From: Octopus sinensis
Taxonomy: Eukaryota
DNA: 64,000 nucleotides
Direction: 5' to 3'
NCBI RefSeq assembly: GCF_006345805.1
Contig: NC_043004.1
Location: forward strand, 40,238,001-40,302,000
The translations under genes and the position numbers were made by a program. The notes under the pieces are model-generated. The model did no database searches, was not told where the DNA came from, and worked only from the letters and a program-made list of their open reading frames with translations. This document shows positions 55,336 through 64,000 of this stretch, piece by piece. Within the stretch, counting starts at the first letter, position 1. The number at the start of each line of letters is the position of its first letter.

Positions 55336-55442
55336 CATACACATATATATTTATATTTATACACACACAATCTAATAGCAGCAGCAGGATCCTGTCTAGA
55401 TATTAACAATGACTAAGTTTATATATATAAATATAAATATAT

Positions 55443-55870
55443 ACTCTCTTTTTTCACTCTTTTACTTGTTTCAGTCATTTGAATGTGGCCATGCTGGAGC
55501 AATGCCTTTAATCGAGCAAATCGACCCCGGGACTTATTCTTTGTAAGCACAATACTTATTCTATCGGTCTCTTTTGCTGAACTGCTAAGTGACGGGGACA
55601 TAAACACACCAGCATCGGTTGTCAAGCAATGCTAGGGGGACAAACACAGACACACAAACATACACACGCATATATATACATATATACAACGGGCTTCTTT
55701 TCAGATGAAGTTCTTGAGCAAAACACTTCATTTTACATTGCTCCAGTCCACTCAGCTGGCAGAAATGAGTAATCCTGCGATGGACCAGCATCCTATCCAG
55801 GTGGGGAATACATACACCATGAAACTAGGAAACCAGTTGGTGAGACTTGAAATGGTAACTTTACCTTTAC
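55443..55870. mobile_element. SINE A 3' half (minus) fused to an H2+T4 SINE (plus)
   Basis: 55443-55700 matches family A. 55705-55870 matches the SINE at 34790-35020. Confidence 0.75.
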
Positions 55871-56028
55871 CTCCTCTATTCAAATACCCACATTCTATAA
55901 ATCTCTCCACCTCTTGTAATTACACCCCAGGCTCCCTGTTAACTCCTAACCCATTCTTTCCTCCCCAGAGCTTTTCCCTCTGGAATATTCTCTCTGCACT
56001 CATGCCTTTTCTGTGGGTGTTGACAGAG

Positions 56029-56219
56029 TTTGAAGCATCCAATACACTTCCAGTTTCTTAATTCTTCATCTCTCCTTGGGCACTAAACTATAAATTAAAC
56101 CTTGAATCCATGTTGCTATTTTCATAATTAATTTTGAACTTATACCTGTGTGTGTGTGTGTGTTTGCGTACACATACATGTGTGTGTATGTGTATTTGGG
56201 TGTGTGTCGTATGTGCGCA

Positions 56220-56250
<31 letters not shown>

Positions 56251-56567
56251 GACATATTCTTGGCATATCAGACAAAGTATCTTATTGTGTATATGTTTTT
56301 ACTCGCTAGGTCTGGAGGAAAAGATAGAGCTGAGGAACTCGGCAGGCTCTCTGAGATTGTTGAAGTTGTTAGCATATGACACACACCCAAATACACATAC
56401 ACACACATGTATGTGTACGCAAACACACATACTCACACACACACACACAGGTATAAGTTCAAAATTAATTATGAAAATAGCAACATGGATTCAAGGTTTA
56501 ATTTATAGTTTAGTGCCCAAGGAGAGATGAAGAATTACGAAACTGGAAGTGTATTGGATGCTTCAAA
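56029..56567. repeat. Inverted duplication with ~185-195 bp arms and a 159-nt spacer
   Basis: Arms 56029-56213 and 56373-56567. Two substitutions plus one indel within a (GT)n tract. Confidence 0.93.
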
Positions 56568-56752
56568 TTCTTCTTTACAATATGAGATTGAAGAAGGAAC
56601 ATGAGCAGAGGGAGGAGTGTTGTCGCATATCATGTTGCAAACGGTAGAGATCAAATGATTGGAAGTGACTGCGAAGGGTTGCGGTTTCTTACATACAAGT
56701 GTTGTAGGGGAAGTAACAGTGCATAAAGTATGTATGTGTGCGTGCGGGTGTG

Positions 56753-56795
<43 letters not shown>

Positions 56796-58149
56796 ACACG
56801 CGTTTAATCTTTAAGAACCGAGTGTATATGGGTTTGTATATATATATATATGGCTATTTAACCACGACGTGTGTGTATATGTGTTCACCATGTAAACTTA
56901 AATCTCCATGTTATTTTTAGTGCGTTTATTAGTGTGTATGTGTGTATGTGTGCGCATGCGAATGTGTGCACATGTGCGTGTGTGCAGATGTATGTGTGTG
57001 CACATGTATGTGTGTGCATATGTGTGTGTGCTTGTGTGTGTGTATGTATGTGTATTTTGTTGTGTTCTGGCTGTTGCTGTGCTCTTATTTCTACTGACTG
57101 AGCCTTGTATGTACAGATGTGTGTGTAGTTTAATTGTATGTATGTGCCTAATATGTGTGTGTCTGACATGTAAATATGTGTATTGTTGCTAGTTTGTTTA
57201 CAGAGATGATGATCATCATCACCATCGTTTAACGTCCGTGCTCCATGCTAGCATGGGTTGGATGGTTCGACCGGGGATTTGGGAAGCCAGAAGGCTGCAC
57301 CAGGCTCGAGTTTGATCTGGCAGTGTTTCTACAGCTGGATGCCCTTCCTAACGCCAACCACTCCATGAGTATAGTGGGTGCTTTTTACGTGCTAGGCGAG
57401 GCTGGCAATGGCCACGATCGGATTGGTGCTTTTTACGTGCCACCAGCACAGAAGCTAGTCAAGGCAGCGCTGGCATCAGCCACATTCAGATAGTGCTTTT
57501 TACGTGCCACCAGCACAGGGATCACATCTACAATTTCCATTGATTTTTGATGTTGGTGTACTTGACTCAATAGGTCTCCTCATGCACGGGTCGAAACGGT
57601 TCTTCTTTACTTGCCACCTGCACAGGAGTCAGTCCAGCGGCACTAGCAACTGCCGGGTGCCAGTCATAGGATTGGTTCAATTTCGATTCCAATTTCACTT
57701 GCCCCAACAGGTCTTCACAAGCAGAGTTTAGTGTCCAATGAAAAGCGATATGTGAGTGTGAGTGATTCCCACTGTGTGTATGTGTGTGTTTCTGTAATAA
57801 ATATGCATGGACAGAAAGTGTGGTATTTCTATATCTGCATTTTGCTGCATGTGCATTTGGATGCATATGGGTTTGGATGTGTATGCATGTGTATCTTATC
57901 CATGTTAAAAAAAAAGAGTGTAAGGATTGAGGCCATTAGAACCAACAATCTAACAAAGGAAAATGAGTTCCTATTCACATTGGAAACGAGAATCTAGATA
58001 ACCATGTGTAGGGCTAGACCAAACACAGACAGATATTGGGTGGCGAGATATGCAGAGTAGATATATATGTGTGAGTGTATACATATATAAATATATATAA
58101 ATATATAAATACACACACACACACGTACACATATGTATATGTGTGTGTG

Positions 58150-58227
58150 TGTGTAGTGTATATGTATATATGATTACTAATTGATACAAGCATTGGTACA
58201 TACCCTTACATATATGTATATGTATAG

Positions 58228-58292
<65 letters not shown>

Positions 58293-58587
58293 TGATTTAT
58301 ATACACATACATACATAAGTATATATACACACACACATATACATATTATATATCATTAAATGTATATAATTAAGACCATATTCATATAATGGACACAAAC
58401 ATACACACATATTTATATTCTTAAATATATGCATAGACAAACATTGTTTGTGTCTTTGTATATTTGTGTGTGTGTGTATATGTGTGTGTATGTGTATATG
58501 TATATGATGACTAATTGATACAAGCATTGGTACATACCCTTACATATATGTATATGTATAGATATATATCTAAATATATATATAATC

Positions 58588-58620
<33 letters not shown>

Positions 58621-58840
58621 TATATATTATATATATATATATATAAATATGATTTATATACATACATACATAAGTATATATACACACACACATATACATA
58701 TTATATATCATTAATGTATATAATTAAGACCATATTCATATTAATGGACACAAAATACACACATATTTATATTCTTAAATATATGCATAGACAAACATTT
58801 GTTTGTGTCTTTGTATATTTGTGTGTGTGTGTATATGTGT

Positions 58841-58850
<10 letters not shown>
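58150..58850. repeat. ~340-bp tandem duplication in TA/TG-rich DNA
   Basis: ACTAATTGATACAAGCATTGGTACATACCC at about 58175 and 58510, with several substitutions between copies. Confidence 0.85.
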
Positions 58851-58883
<33 letters not shown>

Positions 58884-59724
58884 CATGTGTGTTTGTTCAT
58901 GATTTATATATAAACATAAATTTATTAACTGCATTTAGGTTATTGAATTCAATTTCTGTTTAAATAAAAATAATTTCCAAAATAAAATAATTTATAAAAA
59001 TTATCTTCAAATAATATTGAATCATAAATTCTATAGAACTCTTTGCACATTATTAAAATAAAATTTCAAAAAAAAAAAACAGGAAAAAGACAAGTAAAAC
59101 AAACAACATCAACAACAACAACAAGAGCAAATATAGAAACAACTAGGAAACAAAAAAAAAGAACACTTGTTACATAACCAAAAATTAACAAAAATGCATT
59201 AATCTAAAATTCTCAGTGGATTTATTTCATGCTTCATATTTAGCCATAACAACAGCAACAACAATAACAACAACAAAAACACAATAATAATAATAATAGC
59301 AATAATGATGATAATAATATCGCATTTATGAGATAAGAGGAAGAATTCTTTCAGAAAAGTTTCCTTTACATGATATATTGAAGATGTGATACTACTAGCA
59401 ACCAAAATCTCCCTCCCTCTCATGGCACCTCTTCTTGGAACTAACTAAGCTTGCCAAATATAATCCCAGAAATTTCCTTTAATTTCATTTATTTATGGAT
59501 TTATTAATTTGCCTTTTATTTCTTATTTTATTTGCTTGTTTCAGTCATTGAACAAAAGCCATGCTGGAGCACCGCCTTGGACAAATACTCCAGTACTTAC
59601 ATCTTTTCATAAGACTGGTACTTATTCTATTGGATTTTTCTTGCCAAACTGCTAAGTTACAAGGGCATAAACAAACCAACACTAGTCGTCAAGCAATGGT
59701 GGGGGACAACAAACACACACACAC

Positions 59725-59803
<79 letters not shown>

Positions 59804-59959
59804 AAAGAATTTTGTAGTCTGCTGGAAGCATTGTGTATTGTTTGTAGAATGTAACTTGTCTAGAATAGAATAACAATGCAGAGTAGACTATAATAATTGT
59901 TGAAAATAATTTAATTATTCATAGTCTAATATTTCAGAATATAAAAATTCCTTCTTCAG

Positions 59960-60090
59960 AGATTGCTAGGAAGTAATGGAGTCACTGTTATATCCAGTTT
60001 TCTTATTCCTCAAATGGTTACTGAAATCTATTGGAAGCGTTCCTGTAATGGTCTCACGAAGTTCTTTCCAGAATCCGTCATGAGAAGTGT
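59960..60090 (+). CDS. Candidate 131-nt exon on the plus strand
   Basis: TTCCTTCTTCAG|AGATTG...AGTGT|GTGAGA. Open in phase 0: RLLGSNGVTVISSFLIPQMVTEIYWKRSCNGLTKFFPESVMRS. No homology recognised, and it conflicts with a minus-strand host gene. Confidence 0.25.
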
Positions 60091-60683
60091 GTGAGAATAG
60101 TCATGTCTTGAGCTCATGTGTGTTGCCTTTTATCTTTTATGTAACAAAACATTATATTAAAAAAAATGTACATGTAATACATAACTTGGAAACACCGCTA
60201 CAAATATGCTAACATACATGAACTCAGGACATGACAACCCTCCACTCTGCATTGTTATACCATTCCAGACATGTTTCGTTGCCAGTACGCCTGACTGGCC
60301 CCTGTGCCGGTGGCATGTAAAAAGCACCCACTACACTCTTGGAGTCGTTGGTGTTAGAAAGGGCATCCAGCTGTAGAAACTCTGCCAGATCAAGATTGGA
60401 GCCTGGTGCAGCCATCTGGTTCACCAGCCCTCAGTCAAAATCGTCCAACCCATGCTAGCATGGAAAGCGGACGTTAAATGATGATGATGATGATGACGAT
60501 ATATATATATCGTCATCCTCCTCCTCCTCCTCATCATCATTTAACGTCCACTTTCAAGTCTAGCATGGGTTGGACGGTTCAACTGGGGTCTGGGAAGCCA
60601 GAAGGTTGCACCAGGCCGAGTCTGATCTGGCAGTGTTTCTACAGCTGGATGCCCTTCCTAACGCCAACCACTCCATGAGTGTA

Positions 60684-60724
<41 letters not shown>

Positions 60725-60760
60725 TATGTATATGTGTGCATGTGTGTGTCTGTATGTGTA

Positions 60761-60802
<42 letters not shown>

Positions 60803-61094
60803 TATGTACATGTGTGCATGTGTGTGTCTGTATGTGTACCTATATATATACATATATATATATATAATAGGCTTCTTTCAGTTTCCATCTACCAAATCCA
60901 CTCATAAGGCTTCAGTCAGCTGATGACAAGGTGTGACAGAGTGGGACTGAACATGAAAAACCTTGTGATTGGCAAGCGAACATTTTACCCAACAACCATG
61001 CTTGCACCTATAAAGGTTTCATGTATTTATTAATCAAAGCTTGGGTAGATATTTGAAGACACTCCTGCTACCGAATCCTTCACTGAACAAATGA

Positions 61095-61500
61095 ACAGGA
61101 GTGGCTGTGTGGTAAGTAGCTTGTTTACCAACCACATGGTTCCGGGTTCAGTCCCACTGCGTGGCATGTTGGGCAAGTGTCTTCTACTATAGCCTTGGGC
61201 CGACCAAAGCCTTGTGAGTGGATTTGGTAGACGGAAACTGAAAGAAGCCCGTCGTATATATGTATATGTATATATATGCGTGTATGTGTTTGTGTGTCTG
61301 TTTTTGTCCCCCTAGCATTGCTTGACAACCGATGCTGGTGTGTTTATGTCCCCATTACTTAGCGGTTCGGCAAAAGAGACCGATAGAATAAGTACTGGGC
61401 TTACGAAAGAATAAGTCCCGGGGTCGAGTTGCTCGATTAAAGGCGGTGCTCCAGCATGGCCGCAGTCAAATGACTGAAACAAGTAAAAGAGTAAAAGAGA
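61095..61500 (+). mobile_element. SINE family A, best full-length copy
   Basis: A-box-like TGGCTGTGTGG, B-box GGTTCAGTCCC, internal (TA)/(TG) tract, 3' hairpin CAGTC-AAAT-GACTG and (GTAAAAGA)n tail. Confidence 0.9.
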
Positions 61501-61876
61501 GAGCATGAATATATAAACGAATAAATAAATAAAATGAACAAGTGGGTAGTTAGTTACAGAGTGGTGTTTTACAGTTAACTAGCCGTCTGCTTCATTAACT
61601 AATTAACTCATTTATTTTCACATTGTTCCTTTCACTTGAAGTAACTTCAAGATGAATTATTCTTTCTTGGTGGTTTGGCTGGCCGGCTAGCTGACTGGCT
61701 AGCTGACTGGCTAGTCAGTAGGCTGGTTGGCTGGTCATTTTTTCTTTCTTAATGCATTTCACTTGGACTACTACTACTACTAATGCTACTACTACTACTA
61801 ATGCTACTGCTACTGCTGTTGGTGATTTTATATTTTTGTTAAAGACTTTGTTGTCGACATGCGTTTCGCAAGAAAG

Positions 61877-62279
61877 GTATGGCTGTGGGGTAAGATGCTT
61901 GCTTCCCAACCCATGGTTTTGGGTTCAGTCCCACTGCTTAGCACCTTGGGCAGGTGTCTTTTATTATAGCCTCAAGCCGACCAAAGCCTTGTGAGTGGAT
62001 TTGGTAGACAGAATCTCAAAAAGCCCACCATATACATATGTGTGTGTGTGCCTTTGTGTTTATGTTTGTCCCCCCCCCCCACGATCACATGACAACCGAT
62101 GTTGGTGTCTTTACGTCCCTGTAACTTAGTGGTTCAGCAAGAGAGACCTATAGAATAAGTACTAGACTTACAAAGAATAAGTCCTGAAGTCGATTTCTTC
62201 GATTAAATACCCTTTAAGGCAGTGCTCCAGCATGGCTGCAATCAAATAACAGAAACAAGTAACAGAATAACAGAACATC
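61877..62279 (+). mobile_element. SINE family A
   Basis: Matches 61095-61500. Confidence 0.85.
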
Positions 62280-63154
62280 ATACAAGGTTGCTACAGTTAA
62301 ATTGAAAGGAGAGTTATACCTTCTTCTACGAGCAACCGCATTCGGATGCATCTCTTAGTAACTGGCGCTCTGTCGGTTACGACAAAGGTCCCAGTTGACC
62401 CTATCAGCTGAACAGCTTGCTTGTCAAATCAACATGTAAGTGGCTGAGCACTCCACAGACACATGTACACTTAACATAGTTCTCAGGGAGATTCAGCGTG
62501 ACACAGAATGTGATAAGGCTGATCCCTTGAAATACAGGGTTTACTCATTTATGCCAGCTGAGTGAACTGGAGCAATGTGGAATAAAGTGTCTTGCTCAAG
62601 GACAGAATACATCGCTGGGAATCGAACTCACGACCTTACGATCATAAGCCAAATATCCTAACCACTAAGCCACATACCTTCACAATGCTGTGTCAAAAAA
62701 TCTCTGTCCCTCTAGTTTTTGTAGGTCCTCAATTTCATGTTGTGCATCTCTGCCAATAAGACCAATGTAGTTAAGTGGTTGTCATCTTCTATTAAGGCAG
62801 CAGTTCTCAATTAGGGTCCTTATGATGTTTGAGGGTCCACAAAAAATTTTGCTGTTAAAATTTATGTACAACAAATTAGATATACTTCTGCATTACACAA
62901 AATATTTCACCAATACGTCCAGTACATGTAATTTCCTCCTTGATACCACTTCCAAAGAAAGTATTATTAAATTCATATTTAGAAAACTCTCTGAATAGAT
63001 TTTGACAGTCTAAGATATTTTAACTTGGTTATAAATGTCCTAAGGATGGTTAGACAATTTGTGGATATAGTTTAAAGTTTTCTTGAGTAGTACAAAAATT
63101 ACTAATATTCAAAGTTACAGTTATACTGATTTTAACATTATCAGCCTTCTGCTA

Positions 63155-63203
63155 ACCAAAGCCTGTGAGTGGATTTGGTAGACGGAAACTGAAAGAAGCC
63201 TGT

Positions 63204-63249
<46 letters not shown>

Positions 63250-63265
63250 CATACATGTATATATA

Positions 63266-63298
<33 letters not shown>

Positions 63299-63510
63299 TT
63301 GTGTGTGTCTGTGCTTGTCTTCTCTCCATCACATGGCAACTGATGTCGGTGTGTTTACGTCCCCGTAACTTAGTGGTTTGGCAAAATAGACCGACAGAAT
63401 AAGTACTAGGCTTACAAAGAATAAATCCTGGGGTCAATTTGTTCAACTAAAGGTGGTGCTCCAGCATGGCCACAGTCAAATGACTAAAACTGATAAAAGA
63501 ATAAAAGAAT
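63155..63510 (+). mobile_element. SINE family A, 5'-truncated
   Basis: Matches 61205-61500. Confidence 0.85.
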
Positions 63511-64000
63511 ATATTTTCCATTTCATTATCTGTAATACATGTGATTGATGAGGCAAAATTAAGGATGCTGATATGCTGATGAATAGTGTTTTAGGGATCC
63601 AGGGATAGCAGTCTTTTGTACCAAATTGAAAGAATTTATTGTCAATTTTATTTTGAATAGATGTAAACCATTCTATTACAGTAATGATTAAATAAATGGT
63701 GATTAAGAAAAAGCTGTGATTAAAAATAATTGGTGAATAAAAATTAATGGTTATTATTATTTCAATCACCATTTATCCAAAAATTATCTGGCTGAAACTA
63801 CCTCATATCTCTCACAAATAATAAAATCTATTGTTTGTTTTTTTTTCATATTCCCCAAATATGCCCTACTTAATTTCTGCCTTGTGAATTAACTTCCAAA
63901 AATAGTGGATAACCATTTACTAGAAATAATTAACTCCTTCTATTTCTTCCCTCATTACTTAACTTTCCATTTCCTTCTATAATTATAGCTCATAATCTAT

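Overview
This is AT-rich eukaryotic genomic DNA saturated with microsatellites and repeats. The SINE families, RTE/CR1 LINEs and (TA)n/(CAT)n load match what I recall of coleoid cephalopods such as Octopus; the organism is an inference, not confirmed by a search. There are no prokaryotic features, no CRISPR array, and no true tRNA or rRNA gene. The long ORFs in the supplied track are almost all microsatellite read-through. The ORFs with recognisable protein motifs are broken transposase or reverse-transcriptase remnants: mariner DD34D, maT DD37D, rosa-like DD41D, RTE and CR1-type. The window looks intronic or intergenic. The best host-gene evidence is one 118-nt minus-strand exon candidate (28285-28402) plus weaker short candidates, and I could not identify the gene. 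The most interesting signals are: (1) a pair of 3' hairpins shared by a CR1-type LINE end, the dominant SINE and a third element, with compensatory base changes; (2) five decayed hammerhead-ribozyme-like cores in Penelope-like remnants near (TA)n or (CA)n arrays; (3) near-perfect long inverted repeats with 77, 94 and about 185 bp arms; (4) a MITE family with 8-bp TSDs carrying TTAGGG telomeric repeats; (5) head/tail module swapping among SINEs; (6) microsatellite-bounded tandem duplications, one of which duplicates a symmetric exon candidate. I found no protein-coding system that I can call new.
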